Below, one piece after another: positions 1 to 7,822 of a stretch of DNA of 29,183 nt (positions are counted from its first letter, which is position 1; the number at the start of each line of letters is the position of its first letter). Below the pieces are notes generated by a model. The model saw only the letters and a program-made list of their open reading frames with translations. It was not told the origin of the DNA and did no database searches. The DNA lies in the IMG/VR virus record IMGVR_UViG_3300020044_001998, positions 1-29,183 of that record; one strand, 5' to 3'. The position numbers and the translations under genes were made by a program. Source of the DNA: a virus. Its lineage: Duplodnaviria; Caudoviricetes.

Positions 1-1
1 A

Positions 2-619
2 ACAAGGAACATAAATGGATCCAACCTATATCGGAGTAATAGCGGGCAGACTTACCTTCTTGATGCTTATGTTTCTTCTCGTAAGATGGATTTGGAAAAA
101 AATAACCGCCCGGTTTTCGGCGCAAAGAAAGAACAAGGAAATGCTTTTGACCGCTTCTATAGTAAAGTAAGCAACTATAGATCAAGTCTTAGCTTTGAAT
201 CGCAATATGCAAAAGACCCGTTTACTAAACAGGCAAAGGGTATCTCCGGAGTTGCTGTTGGTTTTTTTCAGGGCTTTTTAGATTTGCCTTACGCCGTGTC
301 CAATCCTAAAAGAACATTTCAGGGGTTTAAATCGTTTGTATCCGATCCAACGGCGGCAACTTACGATTTTGGCAGACAAATTAAACAAGATCCAGGCGGA
401 AACTTAGGGCAGATCGCAGGCGGTGCAAGTTTTGGAAAAGGATTAAATTATGCTACTTTATTGGGGAAAAACACTTATGTTTCGTCATTTGCTAAATATG
501 TTCCTGAAGCTAGTTCATTTGATAGCCAAGTGCTAGCTGGTAAAGCTAGATTTCCTAAAAGTTCAGGAAGCCTATTGGGCGATATAAGGCAATTTGAAAA
601 CGCAAGAAATCCTATTTGA
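2..619 (+). CDS. Partial hypothetical protein, probably from a foreign or chimeric segment
   Basis: The frame of the 86..619 ORF stays open back to position 2 (TRNINGSNLYRS...), so it is 5'-truncated. No recognisable family. Convergently overlaps the ABC-GNAT ORF. Confidence 0.5.
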   Translation, partial: TRNINGSNLYRSNSGQTYLLDAYVSSRKMDLEKNNRPVFGAKKEQGNAFDRFYSKVSNYRSSLSFESQYAKDPFTKQAKGISGVAVGFFQGFLDLPYAVSNPKRTFQGFKSFVSDPTAATYDFGRQIKQDPGGNLGQIAGGASFGKGLNYATLLGKNTYVSSFAKYVPEASSFDSQVLAGKARFPKSSGSLLGDIRQFENARNPI

Positions 620-1380
620 TTTAAACCATCCCACAATCCATAGAAATATTGCTTTCCACCCGCTAAATTTTCGCTTAAATAATGATATTGGCTAAAATAA
701 GGCCATGAGCGCCTATCGGTTTCGTAAATTTTAAATTCAAGTTGTTCTGTTCGTTGGAAATTTTGCCGAAGTAACCTCCGATTAACATACTCTTGTTTGT
801 TTGCATCAATGACCCAATCAGGGTTAAGCCAATCTATTACATCGTAATGGCACGACAGCAATACAATTTTCTTGTTTGTTTTGCGTGCGTGTTTTTGTAT
901 GCAATGACTCATCACTTTGGCAACTGTGCGATCAACAACGCTTGTCCATTCATCTATGACAATGATTTCTTGATCTTTGCGTGCCATTTGCAATGCGCAT
1001 TCTGCTCTTGCTTTTTGCCCGTTTGACAATGTGTAAGCGGGTCGTATCCAACAAGGCACGCTTGTTAGTCCAACGCCACACAACATGCCCGCACATTCAT
1101 CGTATGACATTTCTTCTGGAAACTGCTCAATGATTGGTTTTGATAAATCTAATATTTGCTTAAAGCATTCGTCAGTCCATACATGTTTTGCAAATGTTGT
1201 CTTGCCACTTCCAGATGCGCCAACAATTAAACCAATGTTGTATGGCGTATCAATATCCGCTTTAACGTTGAAGTGATGTATGGATTTTTTTTCTGCGTCT
1301 ATATCAAGACTGTTTGCCGCTTTAACGGCACGAAACGAAGTTGCAACTGGCGACGATAACGTCAACTCATAATTTTGCAT
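475..1380 (-). CDS. ABC-type ATPase fused to an apparently truncated GNAT/Mom-like acyltransferase domain
   Basis: Walker A GASGSGKTT, signature LSNGQKARA, Walker B IIVIDEW, H-loop SCH. Then W..FSQYHYLS...IGFLAF, which resembles the start of phage ABC-GNAT fusions. The protein loses family resemblance below nucleotide ~590. Confidence 0.8.
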   Translation of the reverse strand: MQNYELTLSSPVATSFRAVKAANSLDIDAEKKSIHHFNVKADIDTPYNIGLIVGASGSGKTTFAKHVWTDECFKQILDLSKPIIEQFPEEMSYDECAGMLCGVGLTSVPCWIRPAYTLSNGQKARAECALQMARKDQEIIVIDEWTSVVDRTVAKVMSHCIQKHARKTNKKIVLLSCHYDVIDWLNPDWVIDANKQEYVNRRLLRQNFQRTEQLEFKIYETDRRSWPYFSQYHYLSENLAGGKQYFYGLWDGLNQIGFLAFSNCLISPNRLPELLGNLALPASTWLSNELASGTYLANDET

Positions 1381-1907
1381 TCGAGTCCTCTGCCTTTCAT
1401 TTCATCAAACAACTTTTGCAGTTCTGTTTCTGAAAAGCATTCGATCAAAAGAATATTGCGCGATTCATCTATGGTTTCTTTGCCATTGCTTTCATCATCA
1501 TCTTTGTTTTCTTCAAGATATTTTTCCAACTCATCATCGCTAAAGCCAAGCAATGACAAATCAAAATCTTGCATATCTTTTAATTCGTTAGCAAGTGTTT
1601 CTTCATCCCAACCAGCATTCATTGCCAATTTATTATCTGCAATGATGTATGCGCGTTTTTGTATGTCTGATAAGTGCGTCAAATCTATTGTTGGCACTTG
1701 CTCTGTCTCCATTTTTATTGCCGCCAATAATCTGCCATGACCAGCAATGACGCCATTTTTTCCATCAAGCAAGATTGGATTTGTCCAACCAAATTGTTTG
1801 ATGCTTTCAACAATTTGATCTATTTGCGCATCGCTGTGCGTGCGACTGTTATTAAAGTATGCGACTAAATCTTGCGTTGGTTTATATGTGATTTGTAATT
1901 TTGTCAT
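1362..1907 (-). CDS. ParB/Srx-like N-terminal domain protein
   Basis: NSRTHSDAQIDQIVESIKQFGWTNPILLD...IAGHGRLLAA...AYIIADNKLA.NAGWD is the typical phage ParB-like domain. Confidence 0.9.
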   Translation of the reverse strand: MTKLQITYKPTQDLVAYFNNSRTHSDAQIDQIVESIKQFGWTNPILLDGKNGVIAGHGRLLAAIKMETEQVPTIDLTHLSDIQKRAYIIADNKLAMNAGWDEETLANELKDMQDFDLSLLGFSDDELEKYLEENKDDDESNGKETIDESRNILLIECFSETELQKLFDEMKGRGLECKIMS

Positions 1908-1923
1908 GTCTTATTGTGTAGTT

Positions 1924-2424
1924 TTATTTTAAGAACTTCAACATATAAACTGTTTGATTTAACAACGTTGATATGCTGTCAATCTCGTTTTGTATTTCTG
2001 AATCTTCTGGCAATTCTTTTCTATACAGTCGCACATAGTCACGCAAGTTGCGCATGTACTCTAATGCATCCAAACTGTTGCCAGCATAGGCAGATGGATA
2101 CGGCTCGATCAATTCTTCATACGCGCCTTGTATTGACTCTGTGAGTGAATCAACAAGTTCAACGATTTTGTCATAGTATGTTGCAAGTGCAACGTGCGTG
2201 GCATATGAACCTACACCAGTAACTTGGAAATGTTTTAAGTGCGTGAGCGTTGCAGAATGCAACAACGTGCCTATAAATTGTGCCGTTGCGTCTTTGTTTA
2301 GCATTTCGTTTTCCTTGTAACCGCTTGCATATGCCGCTTGTCCGACTTGCATTGCTTTTTGCTTTGTCGGAAAGGGACCCTTACTGCCCCAATACCATCC
2401 GTCAGATTTCTTGTTTACTGGCAT
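1924..2424 (-). CDS. Ferritin/Dps-like four-helix protein (DUF5856-like) with a 40-aa N-terminal extension
   Basis: H..HFQ...SYATHVAL..YYD.I..LVD.LTE matches the Dps-like His/Asp/Glu pattern. ATG at 2424 has SD GGAG; a second in-frame ATG at 2304 has SD AAGGA. Confidence 0.7.
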   Translation of the reverse strand: MPVNKKSDGWYWGSKGPFPTKQKAMQVGQAAYASGYKENEMLNKDATAQFIGTLLHSATLTHLKHFQVTGVGSYATHVALATYYDKIVELVDSLTESIQGAYEELIEPYPSAYAGNSLDALEYMRNLRDYVRLYRKELPEDSEIQNEIDSISTLLNQTVYMLKFLK

Positions 2425-2656
2425 CTGGCTTCTCCAATTTTGTTGTATGGAAATGATACAGCCAAACTTTTTTGCGACCAATAGATGTATTAGCAATTTG
2501 CTCACGGCTTAAATATCTTTGGCGCATGAAGTAACAAAGTGCCATTGATATTTCGCTGGACTTTAATTCTGGAACTGCTTTTCCAATCTCATGCAATGTC
2601 AATGGTGCTTGCGCTTGCTTAAAAACTTCCCTGACTTTTACAGATGCATTTGCCAC
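2402..2656 (-). CDS. Winged-helix DNA-binding protein (putative)
   Basis: PLTLHEIGKAVPELKSSEISMALCYFMRQRYLSRE...KKVWLY has wHTH-like spacing. Likely GTG start at 2656 after AGGGG. Confidence 0.55.
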   Translation of the reverse strand: MANASVKVREVFKQAQAPLTLHEIGKAVPELKSSEISMALCYFMRQRYLSREQIANTSIGRKKVWLYHFHTTKLEKPDASKQEI

Positions 2657-2687
2657 AAAAAACCCCTTGTCGTTTATTACAAGGGGT

Positions 2688-2715
2688 ATCATACCAAAAG
2701 TATTACGCTTGTAAA
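2688..2715 (-). promoter_or_regulatory. Sigma70-like promoter for the wHTH/Dps/ParB/ABC genes
   Basis: On the minus strand: TTTACA, 16 bp, TATGAT, with an extended -10 TG (TGgTATGAT). Confidence 0.5.
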
Positions 2716-2754
2716 TAGCCCTTTTGGGGGACTATGACAAGCGTCTACGCGATT

Positions 2755-3720
2755 TTAAATGGCGAGCAATGTCTCCAATGCAACTGCCTTTTTACTCTCG
2801 CCTGTGCCGAACCAAGATTGATTTAAACGCGCATCGGCAGTTCTGGCGGGGTGATGATGATCGTAATACTCTGTGACTGCGTTCAACATGCCCCATTTTG
2901 TATTGCCAGCCAGTTCTACGCCCTTTGCATCGCCTTGGAACAAATCAATGATCTTGCGATAAGCGCGGTTCTTTTCATCGTTGTCGGTGTCATACAACGA
3001 TTTGCCTTCCTTGACAACCAAGTTTCTTACAAACAATTTTGCCTTTGTATCGGTGAGTTTTTGCTTTTGCAGAGTCTTTGCCATTTCAATATAACCCCCA
3101 AAACTCTCAACAGCGATGCCTAATTTCGCTTGCATGATTTCTTTTTTGAAGTGCGTGGCATGAGTGTATGACACCATTTGACTGCCGTCTTGCATTGCCA
3201 TTGACAAAGTGTTATTACAAACAACGCGCACAGTTGTAAAACGTGCAGTCGTTGCAAGCGATCTATCCGCAGATGTTGACAAGAGCAAAAAGCCCCCAAT
3301 GCCATCGCCTTTGCTGATCTCTGCAAACTTGCCCGTTTCTGCTAATGCCCACAGACGCTTGCCTCCAAACAACGTGCCAGCAGTATGCAAACGAAATCCG
3401 TTTTGCTCAACCAAGTCTCTGAAGAACTCTAATACTTCGATTGGCTGTACGGGTTTATATCGATCACTAACAACTGATAAAGGCGCGTTTGTGTCTGAGC
3501 GATACAAAACGTTTTGCCCTTCAAAGCGAACTGGCAATGGCTCGTTGCCTGTGAACAAAACGGGTGCGCGATTGATTGTCCAATCCATTCCCGCAGATAC
3601 TTGCCATTGCTCGATGCTTGCATCTTTGTCAAGAGATTGACCAAGCCCGTGCCAAGGGGTATCGCCTACAAATGCCATTTCTGTGTAGCCGTCTGTGCGT
3701 GTTGTGAGTTGATGTGCCAT
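2755..3720 (-). CDS. DUF932 family phage/plasmid protein (TIGR03299-like)
   Basis: MAH...TPWHGLG...AGMDW...VVSDRYKPVQP.EVLEFFRDL...TAG.L.GGKRLWALA...RVVCNNTL...WGMLNAVTEYYDH; strong SD AAGGA. Confidence 0.9.
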   Translation of the reverse strand: MAHQLTTRTDGYTEMAFVGDTPWHGLGQSLDKDASIEQWQVSAGMDWTINRAPVLFTGNEPLPVRFEGQNVLYRSDTNAPLSVVSDRYKPVQPIEVLEFFRDLVEQNGFRLHTAGTLFGGKRLWALAETGKFAEISKGDGIGGFLLLSTSADRSLATTARFTTVRVVCNNTLSMAMQDGSQMVSYTHATHFKKEIMQAKLGIAVESFGGYIEMAKTLQKQKLTDTKAKLFVRNLVVKEGKSLYDTDNDEKNRAYRKIIDLFQGDAKGVELAGNTKWGMLNAVTEYYDHHHPARTADARLNQSWFGTGESKKAVALETLLAI

Positions 3721-3748
3721 GATTAAATTTCCTTAAAAAAGTTGATGA

Positions 3749-3916
3749 TTACTTAGATTTAACAATTAAAAAACACCCGTTTTCGTGAACGATACCTTTT
3801 GAGTCTGTATACGTTTCACCGCAACCACTTGCCCATTCAACAACAATCACTCCAATAATGATTGCTATTAAAACTGCAAGAATTGCACCCGTTAAAAATG
3901 CTAAAAATTTTTGCAT
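3749..3916 (-). CDS. Small single-pass membrane protein
   Basis: SD AAGGAG then ATG at 3916. Hydrophobic helix followed by EWASGCGETY...HENGC. Confidence 0.65.
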   Translation of the reverse strand: MQKFLAFLTGAILAVLIAIIIGVIVVEWASGCGETYTDSKGIVHENGCFLIVKSK

Positions 3917-3937
3917 GTAATGTTTACTCCTTTTGTT

Positions 3938-3989
3938 GAACAAGACCGCATCTCTGCGGTTTCGGCTAATCAAGCCTCTTCAGTTGTCC
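3938..3989 (-). ncRNA. Type I hammerhead ribozyme
   Basis: Minus strand reads GGACAA CUGAAGA GGCU-UGAUU-AGCC GAAA CCGCA-GAGA-UGCGG UC UUGUUC. Complete CUGANGA/GAAA/UH core with three stems; predicted cleavage between 3944 and 3943. Confidence 0.92.
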
Positions 3990-4291
3990 TGATAAAACAC
4001 TTCTGCTGTTGTCTCCCATGCAGATGCATCTAAAGCAAGTTGTTGTGTAATTAAATTTCCGTATGTATTGATGCTCATTTCTATTTGCTTAACAGTAGGC
4101 GTGTGTAATAGATATGAATCAAGCGTTTGACTGCATACGCGTGTTCCTTCTGACCACATAACTGTTACAGCCATGTTGATGCCGTTTTGATTGTGTAGTT
4201 TTGCAATCGTGCGAACTACTGCGTCTGGTGCATCGCTACAAGTAACAAGTTGTCCAACATACAAGTGAGTTGTTTTTAAAAAACGTTTCAT
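3980..4291 (-). CDS. Hypothetical early protein
   Basis: SD AAGGA then ATG at 4291 (MKRFLKTT...). Its TGA stop is the UGA of the hammerhead core. Confidence 0.7.
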   Translation of the reverse strand: MKRFLKTTHLYVGQLVTCSDAPDAVVRTIAKLHNQNGINMAVTVMWSEGTRVCSQTLDSYLLHTPTVKQIEMSINTYGNLITQQLALDASAWETTAEVFYQDN

Positions 4292-4323
4292 AATGATTTC
4301 CTTTAGTTTGTGATGTTTACTTT

Positions 4324-4376
4324 GTATCAACTTCTTGAGTTGATGTAAGTATTATAAGGGAAATAGTTTATCACAA
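4324..4376 (-). promoter_or_regulatory. Putative early promoter with a 5' hairpin
   Basis: Perfect TATAAT (4356-4351) followed by hairpin ATCAAC-TCAAGAA-GTTGAT. The -35 is not convincing. Confidence 0.45.
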
Positions 4377-4495
4377 ACTCTTTTTGGAAAATATTTCCAT
4401 TTATTTTGGGCTATATTGAAAACAAGAGTATTACTTTTAAACGTTATAACGTCAAAACTGGTAATGCCAGAGCGAGATGGGGCTATTTACAGACG

Positions 4496-4524
4496 AAAAA
4501 AAGCCCCGTTTTTTATGCGGGGCT
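4496..4524 (-). terminator. Rho-independent terminator after ssb
   Basis: AGCCCCG/CGGGGCT stem followed by T7 on the minus strand. Confidence 0.85.
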
Positions 4525-4560
4525 AAAGGCTACTGCTTGCAATTATTCTAGATGCATCTT

Positions 4561-4968
4561 TTAAAAAGGAATGTCATCATCGTTTGCAAACTCTTGAACT
4601 GGCGGTGTTGCTTCTTTGATTGCGCTTGTAACTGCTTCGCCTTTGCTCGACAAAATGTCCACTTTTTCTGCCGTGATTTTTGTTGCGCTTTTTTCGATGC
4701 CGTTTTTGTCTGTGTACTTCTCCGTTTTTAATTTGCCTTCAACGTACACCTTTGTGCCTTTGCGCACATACTCTCCGCAGATTTCAGCAAGTCGACCAAA
4801 CGTTGCAACATTAATCCATTCTGTTACTTCTTTTTGATCGCCAGATTTATCTTTGTACTTTTCGGTTATTGCAAAACTAAAATTGCAAACTGCTTTGCCG
4901 TCACCCATGTAGCGCAACTCAGGGTCGCGCCCCAAATTTCCAATGCCTATAAATTTATTTACTGCCAT
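4561..4968 (-). CDS. ssb: Single-stranded DNA-binding protein
   Basis: VNK.IGIGNLGRDPELRY...TEW...GTKVYVEGKL OB fold with acidic DDDIPF tail. Confidence 0.97.
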   Translation of the reverse strand: MAVNKFIGIGNLGRDPELRYMGDGKAVCNFSFAITEKYKDKSGDQKEVTEWINVATFGRLAEICGEYVRKGTKVYVEGKLKTEKYTDKNGIEKSATKITAEKVDILSSKGEAVTSAIKEATPPVQEFANDDDIPF

Positions 4969-4971
4969 GTA

Positions 4972-5637
4972 TTACTCTCCAAGTTTGATGATTAACGATT
5001 CAATCTCTGTCAAAAACTTTTTGACTTCAACTTCCATTTCCGCAATAAGTTCTTCATTACGTTCTGCGCGAACAATCAATAACTGATTGTGTTTGCGTAG
5101 TCTTGAATCATAGGAAACAAAATCGCACCATTGCCGACCCGTTACCCATAACTGACATTGGATTTGTTTAATGTACTCTGCGGGTACTTTGTTTGTCATC
5201 AAGTAATCAAGATGCGTTGTCGAATTTGGGCATTTGACTTCGATCAATCCATCATCGCCAACAAGGCGATCAGGAGAAACACCAAGCCATTTGATTGTTG
5301 GGTGCAACCAAAAACCCGTGCGTTCAACTAAAACGTTTTTCTGTTCCTCGTATGCAATGCACGCAAATTGTTCTTGCTCAATTCCCCATTCCATCGCGGG
5401 ACTTGTAAATGATTCAAAACTAGGGTCTGTCACTATGCGTTCTGCAAGCAAGCGCATTTTGTATTTGTGACGCGTGATTGATTCGCTTTCGCCTTTGCCT
5501 TTTGCCATTACGTCAGCAACGTTTGATGCCGTTACGTGACCAAGACGCAAGCGTTTCCATTCAGTTGAGCCTTGCTCAATGTTGCGCGTATCAATAACGT
5601 CTGCGCCCATGCTTTGCAATATTGATACATCAATCAT
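4972..5637 (-). CDS. YqaJ/lambda-type exonuclease
   Basis: QGSTEW..LRLG.VTAS, AMEWG...E, GVSPDRLV...LIEVKCP, QIQCQLWVTGRQWCDFVSYD. Confidence 0.93.
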   Translation of the reverse strand: MIDVSILQSMGADVIDTRNIEQGSTEWKRLRLGHVTASNVADVMAKGKGESESITRHKYKMRLLAERIVTDPSFESFTSPAMEWGIEQEQFACIAYEEQKNVLVERTGFWLHPTIKWLGVSPDRLVGDDGLIEVKCPNSTTHLDYLMTNKVPAEYIKQIQCQLWVTGRQWCDFVSYDSRLRKHNQLLIVRAERNEELIAEMEVEVKKFLTEIESLIIKLGE

Positions 5638-6230
5638 GATTTGTTGTCCTCATGCTCTTGTTGTAATGCGTCTTTGTTTGCTCTTGCTTCATTTGCAATC
5701 ATTGCTTTGCGTGTATTTTTTGATGATTCCAAAATTACTTGCAATTCAAGATCGCCATTAACTGCTTTAATTGCCTTGATGTACGCAACTTTTAATTCAT
5801 CCATTGTTTTTGCATCTTGTATTGCAATGATCAATGGCGCAATATCAATCGGTTCTTTTTCTTCTTGCGATTCACGCGGGACATCCTCGCCAGAATAAAT
5901 GTACAAACCAATTCCAAAGCAAGCAATACATTTAACTAAGCAACGCATCATGGCATCTGAAATCTTGCGCGAATCAGGTTGTTTGACAGCGTTGTTGCGA
6001 TTGTCCATTACGGGCAAATGCATAGTCATCGATTTGCCCATGGCATGTACAGTACAAAACACCATGACTGTTTCGCCTATGTATTTTGGTTCTGCAAATT
6101 CCCATGTAGCAGTTGGGTCGTTTGTCAACAATGTTTCAACTGCATATGTCCATGAGAGATAAGACAGAGTGCCTTTTTTCTCAATGTTTGCGCTGACGTT
6201 TATTTTGTTTAGTTCTGCAAATGTTTTCAT
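5634..6230 (-). CDS. DUF1071 (Sak3-like) single-strand annealing protein
   Basis: EKKG.LSYLSW..A...LPVMDNRN...MRCLVKCIACFGIGLYIYSGED; next to the exonuclease and ssb. Confidence 0.85.
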   Translation of the reverse strand: MKTFAELNKINVSANIEKKGTLSYLSWTYAVETLLTNDPTATWEFAEPKYIGETVMVFCTVHAMGKSMTMHLPVMDNRNNAVKQPDSRKISDAMMRCLVKCIACFGIGLYIYSGEDVPRESQEEKEPIDIAPLIIAIQDAKTMDELKVAYIKAIKAVNGDLELQVILESSKNTRKAMIANEARANKDALQQEHEDNKS

Positions 6231-6238
6231 GATTACAT

Positions 6239-6535
6239 TTATCCTTCATTAATGATTGTTTGTGCTTCTTGTATCGCGCTATTAACGCAATAGGTTTGTA
6301 CCGCTTTAAAAACGTAGCGACCAAGTTCTTCCCAAGGCGCGTTTGTGTTTAAGATTTCGGCAAGTTTTTCTTGATCGGCATACAGACAGTTGTTGTCAAT
6401 AGCATCCATAAAAACTTTTACTTTTGCGGGGTTGTAATCAGTTTCTAGTAACCGATCAATTTCATTGTCTATTGCTTGATCGCGTGCTTCCTGATCTAGA
6501 TATGGTTTTTCTAACCAATCGTCATGTGCTGTCAT
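6239..6535 (-). CDS. Hypothetical protein
   Basis: SD AAGGAG then ATG at 6535; first gene of the leftward recombination operon. Confidence 0.7.
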   Translation of the reverse strand: MTAHDDWLEKPYLDQEARDQAIDNEIDRLLETDYNPAKVKVFMDAIDNNCLYADQEKLAEILNTNAPWEELGRYVFKAVQTYCVNSAIQEAQTIINEG

Positions 6536-6552
6536 ACTTACTCCTTTTGTGA

Positions 6553-6584
6553 ACACACCACAAATGCGTGGTGAATGTATTATA
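6553..6584 (-). promoter_or_regulatory. Leftward -10 element with a 5' hairpin in a 66-bp divergent gap
   Basis: TATAAT at 6584-6579 followed by CACCAC-N6-GTGGTG. Confidence 0.4.
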
Positions 6585-6601
6585 TACAGGAGTTTTGAAG
6601 T

Positions 6602-6886
6602 ATGAGATACGCTTTGCGTAAAGATTTAAACCAAACTGCGATAGTTGATTGTCTAGTTAAAGGCGGTGCAAGCGTCTACGCACTACATGTACCCGTTGAT
6701 TTGCTTGTGGGCATACGTGGCAAAACATATTTGGTCGAGATAAAAAACAAAAAAACGCAGTACGGGAAAAAAGGTTTAAACGAAAATCAAAAAGAGTTTG
6801 TTACAAACTTTAAAGGTGGGGCTGTCGTAATACTTGATTCTGTCGAGTCGGCAATTAATTTTTTAAATAGTACGGCAAAACTTTAA
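6602..6886 (+). CDS. VRR-NUC-like PD-(D/E)xK nuclease (possible resolvase)
   Basis: R.D.NQ..IV..L...GASV...VDLLVG.RG.TYLVEIK...L...Q..F; SD AGGAG. Confidence 0.75.
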   Translation: MRYALRKDLNQTAIVDCLVKGGASVYALHVPVDLLVGIRGKTYLVEIKNKKTQYGKKGLNENQKEFVTNFKGGAVVILDSVESAINFLNSTAKL

Positions 6887-6902
6887 ATCTCAATATATGA
6901 TT

Positions 6903-7003
6903 GGGTGGAACACGGATAGGTCTGAAGTCATGAGCAGATCGAAAAGAGTTACACCCTTCTCCTTCCGTTGTTTCTTTCAAAGGGTTTTTTAAGGGTGAAA
7001 ACT
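6903..7003 (+). ncRNA. Putative structured cis-regulatory leader of the replication gene
   Basis: Follows a TATGAT -10. Stems ACGGA/TCCGT and GGTCTG/CAGATC. GTTACACCCTT is complementary to both upstream GGGTGGAAC and the downstream RBS AAGGGTG. Confidence 0.55.
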
Positions 7004-7822
7004 ATGCATTATTTTCAGTTTGAAATCAAAGAATGGGTGAGCAATACTGCGCATCTAACGCACAACGAAGAATCAGCATATCTTCGATTGATTTGTTTTT
7101 ATTACGACTCTGAAAGATCATTTCAATTTGGCGATTTGCCAATGATCTTTCGCAAATGTCGCGTCAATGATGATTTAGGCATGTCGATTCTTAACGAGTT
7201 TTTTCGTTTAGATGAAGAATTAAATGTTTGGATACATGATCGATGCGACAAAGAGATTGACAAATATCATGCGAAACAAGAGCAAGCATCACGCGCTGGT
7301 AAAGCATCTGCTCAACGCAAGTTCAACGCCCGCTCAACAGACGTTCAACCAATCATTAATCAAGAATCATTAATCAATAATCAATTAATAGACAACGCAA
7401 CTAAAGTCGCGTCAACAACAAAGTCTGCCAAAAGAGGTTCACGGCTTGACGATAACTGGGTTTTACCGCCCCTTTGGAAAGAATGGGCAGTCAGAGTGCG
7501 ACCGACTTTAAACATCGATGAAACGGCTGATTCTTTTCGAGACTTCTGGCATAGCAAAGCGGGACAAAATGCAACCAAACTTGATTGGCACGCTACATGG
7601 CGCAACTGGGTACGCAGTCAAAAAGTCCCACCGCCAAACAAAGCAGACGTAATACATGTAACAGTACCAAGTACAAATGAACGTGACCCATCACTGGTCA
7701 AGATCGATAAGGACAGAGCAAATTGGACACCACCTCCACCAGAGATAAGAGCAAGAATGCTGGCAATCAAAGCATCTGGCGAAAGCGCAAATCAATCAAT
7801 CATCACGAAGGGAAATCTATGA
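7004..7822 (+). CDS. DUF1376/YdaU-family replication initiator-like protein
   Basis: MHYFQF.I.EW...TAHLT..E..AYLRLI.FYYD.E...H.RCDKEI..Y...ASRAGKASA; C-terminal FRDFW...K.DW.ATWRNWVR. Confidence 0.85.
   Translation: MHYFQFEIKEWVSNTAHLTHNEESAYLRLICFYYDSERSFQFGDLPMIFRKCRVNDDLGMSILNEFFRLDEELNVWIHDRCDKEIDKYHAKQEQASRAGKASAQRKFNARSTDVQPIINQESLINNQLIDNATKVASTTKSAKRGSRLDDNWVLPPLWKEWAVRVRPTLNIDETADSFRDFWHSKAGQNATKLDWHATWRNWVRSQKVPPPNKADVIHVTVPSTNERDPSLVKIDKDRANWTPPPPEIRARMLAIKASGESANQSIITKGNL

Noticed and set aside
15-170. 51-aa ORF MDPTYIGVIAGRLTFLMLMFLLVRWIWKK... with an SD-like AAGGA and a hydrophobic stretch
   Set aside because: Lies inside the longer open frame 2..619 in a suspect segment, so it cannot be supported independently.
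475-1380. ABC transporter subunit
   Set aside because: No permease or binding-protein gene nearby; context and C-terminal domain fit a soluble enzyme.
2739-6681. 13-bp direct repeat CAAGCGTCTACGC at ~2739 and ~6669
   Set aside because: One copy is inside a CDS and there is no integrase; compatible with chance.
6903-6962. tRNA-Met-like appearance (GGGTG...CAT loop...CACCC)
   Set aside because: No T-arm GTTCRA, no proper D-arm, wrong loop size and no CCA.
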